Shown here: piece after piece, positions 27,637-37,309 of the stretch
Numbering within the stretch: position 1 is the stretch's first letter
Layout: each line of letters opens with the position of its first letter
NCBI GenBank assembly: GCA_041660005.1
Contig: JBAZXG010000001.1
Coordinates: 158,565-222,564 of the forward strand
Source: Patescibacteria group bacterium
Lineage (GTDB): Bacteria; Patescibacteriota; Patescibacteriia; GWA2-46-9
DNA length: 64,000 nucleotides
Direction of reading: 5' to 3'
Made by a program: the position numbers and the translations under genes
The notes under the pieces: generated by a model
Databases searched by the model: none
Told to the model about the DNA's origin: nothing
What the model saw: only the letters and a program-made list of their open reading frames with translations

Positions 27637-28840
27637 CGCCGACACCATACGCAAGGATTTTCCGGCATTCAAAACGGACAATAAACAGCTTTGCTACCTT
27701 GATAGTGCGGCGACCACTTTAAAACCCGCAGCGGTCATTGCGGCACTTCAGGAGCACTACGCACATGGACTTAGCACTGCACATGAGGCACTCTACACGC
27801 TTGGTCAAAAAAGTACGCAACAATACGAAGCGGCGCGCAGCACCATACAGCAGGCTATCAATGCCGCGCACTCGGACGAAATTATTTTTACTTCCGGTAC
27901 AACGGCAGGATTAAACCTCATCGCAGAAACCTACGGGCGAAAACATCTCGTGCCGGGTGACAATGTGGTGATTTCCATAATGGAGCACCATGCCAATCTG
28001 GTACCGTGGCAGAGAATATGCAAAGAACGAGGGGCTGAACTAAGAGCCATAACCCTCACGCCACAAGGTGAACTAGACCTCGCAAATGCACAAAAACTCA
28101 TTGATAAAAAAACAAAAGTTGTAGCTATAACGCACGCCTCTAACGTACTCGGCACCGTGAACCCAATTTCCGAACTTGCCAAAGTAGCGCATTCCGTCGG
28201 TGCAATACTCATTGCCGATGGGGCACAAGCGCTCGCGCATATACCGATTGACGTTCAAGAGCTTGATGTCGACTTCTATGCCGCGTCCGGACATAAATGC
28301 TACGGACCCGGCGGTATTGGATTTCTCTACGGTCGACATGAACTTCTCAATGATCTCGCCCCTTACCAAGTCGGCGGTCGCATGGTTGAACAAGTAACAC
28401 TAGAAAAAACAACATTCGCACCGCCGCCCTACCGATTCGAGGCCGGAACACCAAATGTAGGCGGTGCTATTGGGTTTGCCGCCGCACTCACCTACCTTGC
28501 TAAGTTACCTATTAAAGAACGCCTAGCGCATGAGGCAACGTTAACGAAACGAGCGCTCGACGCACTCAACAATACTGAAGGCGTGACTATCGTCGGTGCA
28601 CCCAAAAAACGTATCGGCGTTATTTCATTTACGGTTGCCGGCGTTCACCCCCACGATGTTGTAGCCGTTGCCGACGAAGAAAGTGTGGCACTACGCGCCG
28701 GCGACCATTGTGCACAACCGCTTATGCAATTTCTTGGCCTCTCTGGAACCGTGCGCCTTTCGTTCGGAGTCTACAGTACATTGACTGATATCGATGCCCT
28801 TGTGCGTGCACTGCATCGCGCTCAAAAACTCTTTGCTTAA
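27626..28840 (+). CDS. sufS: Cysteine desulfurase SufS (group II)
   Basis: FDADTIRKDFPAF..CYLDSAATTLKP, SGHKCYGPGGIGFLYG, RAGDHCAQPL; start overlaps sufD end by 11 nt. Confidence 0.85.
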   Translation: MPFDADTIRKDFPAFKTDNKQLCYLDSAATTLKPAAVIAALQEHYAHGLSTAHEALYTLGQKSTQQYEAARSTIQQAINAAHSDEIIFTSGTTAGLNLIAETYGRKHLVPGDNVVISIMEHHANLVPWQRICKERGAELRAITLTPQGELDLANAQKLIDKKTKVVAITHASNVLGTVNPISELAKVAHSVGAILIADGAQALAHIPIDVQELDVDFYAASGHKCYGPGGIGFLYGRHELLNDLAPYQVGGRMVEQVTLEKTTFAPPPYRFEAGTPNVGGAIGFAAALTYLAKLPIKERLAHEATLTKRALDALNNTEGVTIVGAPKKRIGVISFTVAGVHPHDVVAVADEESVALRAGDHCAQPLMQFLGLSGTVRLSFGVYSTLTDIDALVRALHRAQKLFA

Positions 28841-28841
28841 T

Positions 28842-29579
28842 ATGTCGATGCTTGAGAATCTCTATCAAGACATCATTCTTGAACACAGCAAACACCCAAA
28901 ACACTTTGGACTGCCGCAAAATGTTTCGCGACAAAAACAACTTACAAACCGTACTTGCGGAGATCGCTTCACGCTCGCATTATTCATAACTAACGAAACG
29001 ATTACCGACATTGGCTTTATCGGCTCCGGGTGCGCCATCGCTACTGCCTCAGCTTCGCTCATGACCGACATCATAAAGGAATCTTCGACAAAAAAGGCCA
29101 CTGACCTGGCTCGTGCCATGCATCGCTTCATTGTCCAAGACGGAGATTTGCCGCACATACGTCTCGCACCCTTTGCTGGCGTTATTCATTACCCTAGTCG
29201 CCACGACTGCGCGCTGCTCGTTTGGAGCGGACTTACGGCATTACTCGAAAATCCGCCAGAAGCAACTGCAAACAGAAATGAACAGCTGAGAGAAAATATT
29301 ATTACTACGCTCAGAACCATCTACGATCCAGAAGTACCTATAAACATCTATGACTTGGGTTTTATTTATAAAATAGAAGTCGAGCAAAACGGAAGTGTCG
29401 CGATTATCATGACGCTCACAACACCGCAATGCCCGGTAGCAGAGACTCTACCGCGCGAAGTGCAGAGACGAGTTGCAACAGTCCAGGGTGTCAAAGACGT
29501 CCACGTAACTCTTACCTTCGATCCGCCCTGGAGTAAACAAAAAATGTCGCCGGACGCACGTCTAGCGCTCGGTATGTAA
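28842..29579 (+). CDS. Fusion of SufU/IscU-like NifU-type scaffold domain with DUF59 (SufT/MIP18) domain
   Basis: N-half LENLYQDIILEHSKHPKHFG..TCGDRFTL..GSGCAIATASASLM; C-half IYDPEVPINIYDLGFIY..TPQCPVAE; ATG 1 nt after sufS stop. Confidence 0.75.
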   Translation: MSMLENLYQDIILEHSKHPKHFGLPQNVSRQKQLTNRTCGDRFTLALFITNETITDIGFIGSGCAIATASASLMTDIIKESSTKKATDLARAMHRFIVQDGDLPHIRLAPFAGVIHYPSRHDCALLVWSGLTALLENPPEATANRNEQLRENIITTLRTIYDPEVPINIYDLGFIYKIEVEQNGSVAIIMTLTTPQCPVAETLPREVQRRVATVQGVKDVHVTLTFDPPWSKQKMSPDARLALGM

Positions 29580-31026
29580 GCCAAATAAAAAACACACCGT
29601 ACCACATTAAAACTACCCCGAGAGGTACGGTGAGAGTAAAAGAACTCCAGCTAAACGACCCCCCAAGCTGAATGGTGCCAAGCACAAAACGCGCCCCAAG
29701 CTCTGCTGGTAACCCAACCCATGACCCCAGAGGAGAAAACAATAGCGAAGTCACGAGTCCAAAAAAACCAAAAAGCATGATAAACGGTATGAATGGTACA
29801 ACAATCATGTTAATAAGCGGCGAGATGAGTGAAAACGTACCAAATTGATAAAGGAGAACTGGAAAAACGCTTAGCTCTGCAGCTATACTCATGAGCAGTG
29901 CTTCTTTAAACTTGAAAAACTCTGGAAGAGTGCGCGTTAAGCGTTCAAGTACTGGGTAGAGATAAATAATGCCAACGGTGGCGAGAAAAGAAAGCTGAAA
30001 GCCAACGTCGAAAAAGAGTATGCGCGGCTCCACGGCAACCATAAGTGCGGCTGAAAACACGAGCGCATTACCAACCGATGCGCGTCGACCGAGAGAACGC
30101 GCCAGCACCACCAACATCCCCATAATGGCTGCACGTACAACTGAAGCCCCAGCACCAACCATTAACACAAAGAGGGCGAGCATTGCCCCGATAACAGCTA
30201 TATGCCAACGGCGTGGGACAGATAATGTTTGCAAAAACAGTGTTAAAAATCCGGCAATGATACTAATATTAAAACCAGAAAGCGCAACCAGGTGAACCGT
30301 ACCGGTTGCAATGAGGACATCTCTCCACTCTGCAGAAAGTGCGCTCGAGCCGCCGATTAATAGCCCACTAATGAGGCCACCGGCATCCGTCGAAAAAGAA
30401 GCGGCAACCCCCGCGACGAGCCGAAGACGAAGACGCAGCAACAAGGCTCTTAGTGAAGTCCCAGTTGCTTCAGAGAGCACTTTCACCCTAGGAAAGGCGC
30501 ACTCAGGATCTCCACTGCTAACACCAAAAGTACTCGCTGAAAGCTGACAGTTAAGTTGTAACCTATCACCAAGATGAACTTGGATACTGGGGTCGGTAAC
30601 GACGTTTACTTCTTCTGAAACCGGCAAATCCGCACCATCAACCTGATCAACTCGAACCGTAAAACTCTCTGCATTACGTAACGCTTTAGGAGGAGAAACG
30701 GCTGCACCTTCCAGAATGTGCCGTTCATGAAGCGCCGGCAAAAGCGTATTTTGTGCTCTTAATAACTCACCTGCGCGTGCACGAAAACCGCCAAGCGTAA
30801 AGGCAAGAACAATAGCTATGATTGCTGCGGGCAGAGGAAAACGATATAAGGTCAAAACAAAAATGATGAATAGCACCCAGGACAAACTAAAGGAAACAAG
30901 GAGTGGAATCGGGACCAAGAGACCAAGCCCGACTCCTGCTAAAAACGAAAGGCAGACAAAAAAGAATGTCCAAGAAGGGCTCACTTTTTGCTGTATCAAT
31001 GACAGAACATCCCTCCTAATGTCCAC
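29512..31026 (-). CDS. ComEC/Rec2-like competence channel protein (DUF4131 + Competence domain, no metallo-beta-lactamase domain)
   Basis: LLIGGSSALSAEWRDVLIATGTVHLVALSGFNISIIAG matches ComEC competence motif; multi-TM. Confidence 0.7.
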   Translation of the reverse strand: MDIRRDVLSLIQQKVSPSWTFFFVCLSFLAGVGLGLLVPIPLLVSFSLSWVLFIIFVLTLYRFPLPAAIIAIVLAFTLGGFRARAGELLRAQNTLLPALHERHILEGAAVSPPKALRNAESFTVRVDQVDGADLPVSEEVNVVTDPSIQVHLGDRLQLNCQLSASTFGVSSGDPECAFPRVKVLSEATGTSLRALLLRLRLRLVAGVAASFSTDAGGLISGLLIGGSSALSAEWRDVLIATGTVHLVALSGFNISIIAGFLTLFLQTLSVPRRWHIAVIGAMLALFVLMVGAGASVVRAAIMGMLVVLARSLGRRASVGNALVFSAALMVAVEPRILFFDVGFQLSFLATVGIIYLYPVLERLTRTLPEFFKFKEALLMSIAAELSVFPVLLYQFGTFSLISPLINMIVVPFIPFIMLFGFFGLVTSLLFSPLGSWVGLPAELGARFVLGTIQLGGSFSWSSFTLTVPLGVVLMWYGVFFIWLTYRALDVRPATFFVYSRADRR

Positions 31027-31038
31027 AACCCTGAATTA

Positions 31039-32152
31039 TTATTTCTTAGCCAGCCGCTGGCGTTTCTCAACTTCCCATTTAAGGTACGCCTCAACAAATG
31101 ATTCAAACTTACCATCCAACACCGCATCAGTATCACTCGTTTCAAAACCCGTACGGTGATCTTTCACTAGGCGGTAGGGCTGCAAAACATAGGAACGCGC
31201 CTGACTCCCCCACTCTGCAGACTGGAATTCACCGCGCAACTCTTGGCGCTCTTCCGCTTGCTCAGCAACAGCTACCCGATGTAACTTAGCTTGTAAAATT
31301 TTCAATGCTGTTTCACGGTTCTGTTGCTGAGACCGCTCATTTTGACAGCTCACCGTAATGCCCGTTGGAATATGCACAATGCGCACCGCAGAATACGTGG
31401 TATTCACTGACTGACCGCCATGACCCGAGGAAAGAAATGTATCAACGCGCAAATCTTTAGGATCAATCACCTGCTCTTCGATCTCCTCAAGCTCAGGAAG
31501 GACCTCCACAAGTGCAAACGATGTATGGCGCATTTTTTCAGCATCGAAAGGCGAAATACGTACCAGTCGATGAACGCCGTGCTCCCCCTTAAGGTAGCCA
31601 TAGGCGTAACGCCCGTGGAAATGAACGGTCACGGTTTTTATGCCGGCCTCCTGACCCCGATGTTCGTCAATAATACGCGCGGTTAAGGCATGCCGCTCGG
31701 CAAAACGAAGATACATGCGTAAAAGCATTTCTGCCCAATCTTGTGCTTCGGTCCCTCCGCTGCCGGCATGAATCGCCACAATAGCATTGCGCTCATCATA
31801 GCGCCCTTGAAAGAGCGTCGAAAACTCTAAGGCCTGAAATTGCACTAGTAGCTTTTTGTACTCGCCTTCAACCTCAGCTGCCATAGCGTCATCATCGCTC
31901 GTACTTGCTGCTAACGTTGCAAGATCATCAATCGCCTGAAGTAACGTATTCCAAATATTCAGCTCTTCGCGCAATCCACCCGCCCGCTCTGCTTGCTTGG
32001 CGGCGTTCGCCCGGTTGTCCCAGAAACCAGGGCGGCTCATGGCCGCTTCGATGGTTGTCAATTCTGCGTTGCGTCCAGGAAGGTCAAAGCAACCCCCGCG
32101 TCTCGACCACACGGTCGCGAAGGGCGCGGAGGTTGTCCGTTAATTCTCGCAT
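31039..32152 (-). CDS. prfB: Peptide chain release factor 2 with programmed +1 ribosomal frameshift
   Basis: ORF1 MRELTDNLRALRDRVVETRGLL ends at CTT TGA C; +1 frame continues DLPGRNAEL..; SPF and GGQ motifs downstream. Confidence 0.9.
32083..32098 (-). other. RF2 autoregulatory frameshift site: SD-like CGGGGG, then TTG CTT TGA C
   Basis: Reverse-complement reading of 32083-32098. Confidence 0.85.
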
Positions 32153-32153
32153 A

Positions 32154-33482
32154 TTACTTCCGCTCAACTAAAGTGACGGTAACCATCCGCTCTTTTCCTG
32201 CGGTCATCACTTTGAGTGGAACTTGTTCATCAACAGTATGCTGGGCGATGAGCGTAGAGAGTGTGTGGTCAGTATCAATCCTCGTACTGCCAATCTCCAA
32301 AATAATGTCGTTCTCCTTAAGGCCGGCTTTGTCTGCCGGACTACCGGGTGTTACGGCAAAATCAGTGCTCGTCTCTCCGCGCACGATGAGTGCACCATAG
32401 CTAACGGGTAGCTGGTTCTTTTTTGCCAGCGCATCATCAATGATGACATAGCGAACACCCAAGAATGGTCGAATGATACGTCCATTTTTTTTCACACTGT
32501 CTACCACCTGTTTCACCTCATTGGCTGGAATAGCAAACCCAATATTCTGCCCATTACTAGCCATAGCCGTATTAATACCAACCACTTCACCATTTAAATT
32601 AGCAAGTGGTCCGCCCGAATTTCCTGCATTAATGGCAGCGTCTGTTTGCACAACGCCGGAGAGCTGCTCTGTACCAAATGCTGAACCAGAAGCAGTAATA
32701 GACCGAGCCAGCCCAGAAATAACGCCGACCGAGACAGTATTGCGAAATTCTCCGAGCGCATTACCAATGGCAATGGCTGTTTGTCCCAATTCGAGTTTGT
32801 CAGAGTCACCAAAGGTAACCGTGGGGAAATTACTGCCCTCTACTTTAACAACAGCGAGGTCATTAGCCGGATCGCGAGCCAGGACTTTGGCGGATAACTT
32901 CCGTCCGTCATTCAGTAAAACGGTATACTCAGCACTCTCGTCTGCAACAACATGTTTATTGGTCACGATGAGACCATCGCTCGTTACAAAGAACCCCGTA
33001 CCACCGCCAACTTCCTGCTTCTGGGTACCACCACTAGAATCTGAAGAAGGTGGTTGAGAAGGTGTTGGCACCTGACCGAAAAAATTACCAAAAAACGGAC
33101 CATTAAAAAATCCGAACGGCGCTGCATTCGACGGAACCTGCGGCACATCCTTCATAATAACAATACTGACGACAGCCGGCTTCAGTTTACGCACAGCTTC
33201 AACAACACCACCTTGTCTGTTCTCTGCACTGTCCGCTACGGTACCCGTATCTTTATTCTTGCTAACTAGCTGACCAGGGTGCGTTAACTGCGCCAAGGTC
33301 GTACCAAAAGTGTCATTCAGCACGGTAGCGCCAACAACACCAAAGAGCGCCCCACTCGCAGCACCCACAAGAAAACTAACCAAAAAAACGGCAATGAAGA
33401 GTGACTTTGACTCTTCGTAAAGTTGGTTTAATGATTTCATATAGTTACTTTCTACTGTACGAAAAAGTTGGCATGGGGTCAA
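32154..33482 (-). CDS. htrA: HtrA/DegP-family trypsin-like serine protease with C-terminal PDZ domain, N-terminal TM anchor
   Basis: GNSGGPLANLNGEVVGINTA catalytic Ser motif, His/Asp regions, PDZ; true start possibly MKSLNQ at 33440. Confidence 0.85.
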   Translation of the reverse strand: MTPCQLFRTVESNYMKSLNQLYEESKSLFIAVFLVSFLVGAASGALFGVVGATVLNDTFGTTLAQLTHPGQLVSKNKDTGTVADSAENRQGGVVEAVRKLKPAVVSIVIMKDVPQVPSNAAPFGFFNGPFFGNFFGQVPTPSQPPSSDSSGGTQKQEVGGGTGFFVTSDGLIVTNKHVVADESAEYTVLLNDGRKLSAKVLARDPANDLAVVKVEGSNFPTVTFGDSDKLELGQTAIAIGNALGEFRNTVSVGVISGLARSITASGSAFGTEQLSGVVQTDAAINAGNSGGPLANLNGEVVGINTAMASNGQNIGFAIPANEVKQVVDSVKKNGRIIRPFLGVRYVIIDDALAKKNQLPVSYGALIVRGETSTDFAVTPGSPADKAGLKENDIILEIGSTRIDTDHTLSTLIAQHTVDEQVPLKVMTAGKERMVTVTLVERK

Positions 33483-33893
33483 TTACCCCGCCCCAGAGGG
33501 GACGGGGTATATAATGGTATTTTTGTCTTCTGTGTTGTAACCTCGCGGCAAGCCGACGAGGTATTGGGGACAAAAAATAATGCAAGCTGCGTCCACCTTA
33601 TCCTCTACAAAGTGCACACCCTCATGTTCTAAGAGTTGACGTTTTCTTCTGGCGCCTCCGCTGTAGCCGCCCAGTTCTCCATTAGCACGCACTACCCGAT
33701 GACAAGGTATGGTGGTTTTTGCCTGCGAACCTCCTAAAAAAGCCGGGTACGGGTTTTTAGAAAGCGCACTACCGACCGCTCGAGCAGCATTCGGAGAGCC
33801 AACAGCTCGGGCGATCCGTTCATAAGTAGTTACCCGACCACGCGGCACACCAACGACGGCTTGCCATACCCGCTCAGAAAACGAACGTTCCAT
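33483..33893 (-). CDS. ogt: Methylated-DNA-protein-cysteine methyltransferase (MGMT/Ogt DNA-binding domain) with C-terminal extension read through a dispersed repeat
   Basis: TYERIARAVGSPNAARAVGSALSKNP...IPCHRVV active-site motif; last ~33 codons are the C-module repeat. Confidence 0.8.
   Translation of the reverse strand: MERSFSERVWQAVVGVPRGRVTTYERIARAVGSPNAARAVGSALSKNPYPAFLGGSQAKTTIPCHRVVRANGELGGYSGGARRKRQLLEHEGVHFVEDKVDAACIIFCPQYLVGLPRGYNTEDKNTIIYPVPSGAG
33488..33577. repeat. Repeat copy: ccccgcccc-agag-gggacgggg hairpin + C-module double hairpin
   Basis: Near-identical to 20136-20193; related hairpin at 15733-15748. Confidence 0.75.
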
Positions 33894-33896
33894 GTG

Positions 33897-34235
33897 CTAA
33901 CGTGTTTTGTCGGGCACGCTAACACCAATACTCTTAGCGTAATTAACGATTTCTTGCCACGATGGAGTTGAAGAAGTACCCGCCGCACCAGAGGAAGCAC
34001 CACGCTGTATATCGCTCATGGGACCGAGCAACTCCTGATACTGTTGCAAATACGGTTTAATAAGCGGCGGTAAGTAAAAAAAAGCAATAATAAGCGGAGC
34101 AACAATGAGTATAAGATAAATAACACTCACGACGGTACGCATGGCCATCGAACGGCGTACCTTCTTCATCATGGTGTGCATTTCGCGGGAAAGTTGCAAA
34201 TTTTCCTCAAGCATTTTCCGTATATCTTCTTCCAT
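33897..34235 (-). CDS. Hypothetical small membrane protein (112 aa)
   Basis: One TM helix TVVSVIYLILIVAPLIIAFFYL. Confidence 0.45.
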   Translation of the reverse strand: MEEDIRKMLEENLQLSREMHTMMKKVRRSMAMRTVVSVIYLILIVAPLIIAFFYLPPLIKPYLQQYQELLGPMSDIQRGASSGAAGTSSTPSWQEIVNYAKSIGVSVPDKTR

Positions 34236-34252
34236 AAATTTTATCTCTTTAA

Positions 34253-34756
34253 TTATGCTTTCTTATGCGCATGCTTTTTGCGCTTTGGCAATAATCTACG
34301 CATACGGCTTGGTGTGAGGCGAAGAATCGCTCGGTGAAAAGCAGCTGCATCGCTGAATGCCTGGTAGACTGAAGCGAAACGAATAAACGCAACCTCATCA
34401 ACGCGTTTTAGCCGCCGCATGACAATTTCGCCGATCTCCTGCGAGGTCACCTCTGGTTTACGCAATATCTGAATGTCCTGTTCAATGATTTGAACCAATC
34501 GATCGAGATCATCTTTGGTAAGTGGACGTTTTTCAAATGCTTTCTTAATGCCCGCAAGCACTTTTTCGCGTGCGTACGGTTCACGTCCGCCGGTACGCTT
34601 CACAACGGTAAGGTCTAAAATTTGTACTTCTTCCACAGTCGAGAACCGAAATTCGCACGCGCCGCAATCGCGTCGACGACGTATAGCGATGCCGCTACCC
34701 GTTAAGCGCGAATCAATGACCTTAGTGTCCGGCTCTCCACACGCTGGGCAGCGCAT
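34253..34756 (-). CDS. nrdR: Transcriptional repressor NrdR (zinc ribbon + ATP-cone)
   Basis: MRCPACGEPDTKVIDSR...CGACEFRFSTVE. Confidence 0.9.
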   Translation of the reverse strand: MRCPACGEPDTKVIDSRLTGSGIAIRRRRDCGACEFRFSTVEEVQILDLTVVKRTGGREPYAREKVLAGIKKAFEKRPLTKDDLDRLVQIIEQDIQILRKPEVTSQEIGEIVMRRLKRVDEVAFIRFASVYQAFSDAAAFHRAILRLTPSRMRRLLPKRKKHAHKKA

Positions 34757-34760
34757 GCAG

Positions 34761-35966
34761 CTAATTCATCTTACGCCGAATGAAGGCGGGAATGTCTAAA
34801 TCTTCCTCGTCGTCTTTCCTTTTCGGTTCAGGCGTCGCTTCAAAATTGCTGGTAGATCGAGCAGCGCGCGTGCGGAAAATGGCTTTGGTGTCCGGGGTTT
34901 CTTCTGGTTCATCTATCTCATCGTCATCTTCTATCTCGTCTTTTTTCTCAAGGTAGCGATTTGCAGTGTAGGTTGGCGTAGCATCGGGTGCTTTGCTATG
35001 CGCCGGACGCGGGGTTCCGCTAAAACCGGAAGCAATAACCGTAACGCGAACTTCTCCCTTCATGCTTTCGTCAATCACCGTACCGAAAATAACCCGAGCA
35101 TTTTCGTCTGCTGAATTGGTAATAATTTTTGCCGCGTCGTTCACCTCGTGCATACCGAGATCGATGCCGCTCGTAATAACGAAGAGAATACCACGCGCAC
35201 CTTCAATGGAGGATTCGAGCAAGGGACTGGTGATCGCAGCTTTTGCTGCAGTCACCGCGCGGTTCTCGCCAGTACCTTTACCAATACCCATCAGCGCAGA
35301 GCCAGCGTTATGCATAATAGATTTAACGTCAGCGAAGTCGACATTCACAAGACCGGGCATGGTAATCAAATCAGAGATACCTTCAACGCCTTGGCGCAGT
35401 ACCTCGTCAACGGTTCTGAACGATTCCAGAAGCGTCGTTTTTTTATCGACAATTTGTAAAATGCGGTCATTCGGAATGACAATAATGGCGTCAACTTTTT
35501 CAGCGAGGTCATCATAGGCTTGTTCGGCAATAGTCCGTCGTTGAACACCCTCAAATGAAAATGGCTTCGTGACTACCGCAATAGTGAGTGCACCGAGATC
35601 ACGCGCGATTTCAGCAACTATCGGTGAAGCACCGCTGCCAGTACCACCGCCAAGACCACACGTAATGAACACCATATCAGCACCCTTCAGAAGATCGCGT
35701 ATTTCATTTTGCGCCTCTTCGGCGGCTTTGCGTCCGAGATCGGGGTTCATGCCGGCACCAAGACCGCGCGTGACTGTTTTACCAATATGGAGCTTTGTAG
35801 GTGCCTTGGTGTAATGCAGTGCTTGGACATCGGTGTTCATGACAATGAATTCGACGCCTTTAATCTTGGCTTCAACCATGCGGTTTACTGCCGAAGACCC
35901 GCCGCCGCCAATACCAACAACTTTAATCTTAGCGATTGTTTCAATGTCTGGTTTCACTTCGGCCAT
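34761..35966 (-). CDS. ftsZ: Cell division GTPase FtsZ
   Basis: GGGTGSGASPIVAEIAR tubulin signature. Confidence 0.95.
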   Translation of the reverse strand: MAEVKPDIETIAKIKVVGIGGGGSSAVNRMVEAKIKGVEFIVMNTDVQALHYTKAPTKLHIGKTVTRGLGAGMNPDLGRKAAEEAQNEIRDLLKGADMVFITCGLGGGTGSGASPIVAEIARDLGALTIAVVTKPFSFEGVQRRTIAEQAYDDLAEKVDAIIVIPNDRILQIVDKKTTLLESFRTVDEVLRQGVEGISDLITMPGLVNVDFADVKSIMHNAGSALMGIGKGTGENRAVTAAKAAITSPLLESSIEGARGILFVITSGIDLGMHEVNDAAKIITNSADENARVIFGTVIDESMKGEVRVTVIASGFSGTPRPAHSKAPDATPTYTANRYLEKKDEIEDDDEIDEPEETPDTKAIFRTRAARSTSNFEATPEPKRKDDEEDLDIPAFIRRKMN

Positions 35967-35989
35967 AAAACGTAATGAGTATCAAAAAA

Positions 35990-37237
35990 TTATGGAAGGA
36001 GGGACGAAAACCACGATCGCACATCTTTGACAAACTTGCCGGCGTCCACATGGGATAGCATACCCCCTAATCGTCCGCCTTGCTCGCGCGTTGCTGCTTC
36101 ACCCCAGAGCACTAAACCGAGAGCCGTGGCAAACGAGACGTCATTCACTGAATCAACAGCACTCATAAAACTGGCGCGGGGTTCGCCCAAGGTTACCGGC
36201 AAACGCAATCTGCGCTTGGCGAGGTCAATAAGGTTAGGAATCTTCGCGCCGCCACCTACGAATACAACACCTGCGGGTAGCATACCCGAGCGGTCTACTT
36301 TCTTCAAGATTCCATCTACTTTGTCCAGAATTTCCTCAAGTCGTGCCTCAATGATTTCTGCCACATAGCGGCGCGAAACGACTTCTCCTTCTTCGCCTCC
36401 AAATTCAGCTAAGTCAATTTCCTCTCGCTTGTTCACATTCTTAGCGTCAGCCGTGCCGTAGTTAAGCTTAATCTGGTCAGCAATATCAAGCGAAGTTCTG
36501 AGACCAATCGCAATATCAGCAGTCACATGCTCGGAACCGAGTGGTAGCACTTCTGCGGCCAGGAGATCCCCCTCTTCAAATACGGCCACACTCGTGGTCG
36601 CCCCTCCCAAATTTACAACAGCAACGCCGAGTTCACGCTGCCGTTCGGTCACGTGGCTTTCTCCTGCGGCCAGCACTGAAAGAATCACTCCTGAAACTCG
36701 AAACCCCGCACGGTACACACAGCGCATGACGTTTTTCAACTGTGCGGAAAGTCCTTGAATAATTGTTGTCTCTACCTCAAGACGAACACCGCTCATACCG
36801 ATAGGGTCCTTAATGCCTGGCTGACTATCAATCGTAAACGTTTTTGGTATGGCGTGCAAAATTTCATAATTCGGCGGCGTCGCCACCGCTCGGGCTGCTT
36901 CAAGAGCTCGATCAATGTCTGATTCTTCAATTTCACCATTGGCCTTACCGACCGCCACCACACCGCGGCTCGGACTCGTAATCACGTGCGGTCCTGAAAT
37001 GCCTACCCAGGCAGACTCAAGCGGTACACCCGTAATACGCTCGGCTTTTTCTTTAGCAGCGCTCAGCGCCGAGGTGGCGTCGTCAAGGCTCGTGATCACC
37101 CCGCGATTAACCCCCTCAGCTGGTACTGAAACGGCGGCAATAACTTGTAACTGCCCCTCTTTCGTGCGTTGTCCGACAATGATCCGAATAGCGGTTGAGC
37201 CAATATCGAGACCAGTAATGATTTCTTGTTGAGCCAT
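35990..37237 (-). CDS. ftsA: Cell division protein FtsA
   Basis: ITGLDIGSTAIRIIVGQ actin-fold N-terminus; adjacent to ftsZ. Confidence 0.9.
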   Translation of the reverse strand: MAQQEIITGLDIGSTAIRIIVGQRTKEGQLQVIAAVSVPAEGVNRGVITSLDDATSALSAAKEKAERITGVPLESAWVGISGPHVITSPSRGVVAVGKANGEIEESDIDRALEAARAVATPPNYEILHAIPKTFTIDSQPGIKDPIGMSGVRLEVETTIIQGLSAQLKNVMRCVYRAGFRVSGVILSVLAAGESHVTERQRELGVAVVNLGGATTSVAVFEEGDLLAAEVLPLGSEHVTADIAIGLRTSLDIADQIKLNYGTADAKNVNKREEIDLAEFGGEEGEVVSRRYVAEIIEARLEEILDKVDGILKKVDRSGMLPAGVVFVGGGAKIPNLIDLAKRRLRLPVTLGEPRASFMSAVDSVNDVSFATALGLVLWGEAATREQGGRLGGMLSHVDAGKFVKDVRSWFSSLLP

Positions 37238-37309
37238 AATGCAATGCTGGGATTATACAATGAAATGTCGCTAAACGCCAAGCGACGTTGCAAGCTTTGA
37301 AAGCTACCT

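Noticed and set aside
32113-32152. Six-frame track start of prfB (MWSRRGG...) and htrA N-terminal extension (MTPCQLFRTVESNY)
   Set aside because: The prfB ORF start is an artefact of the +1 frameshift. The htrA extension overlaps the repeat element and probably is not translated (MKSLNQ start more plausible)
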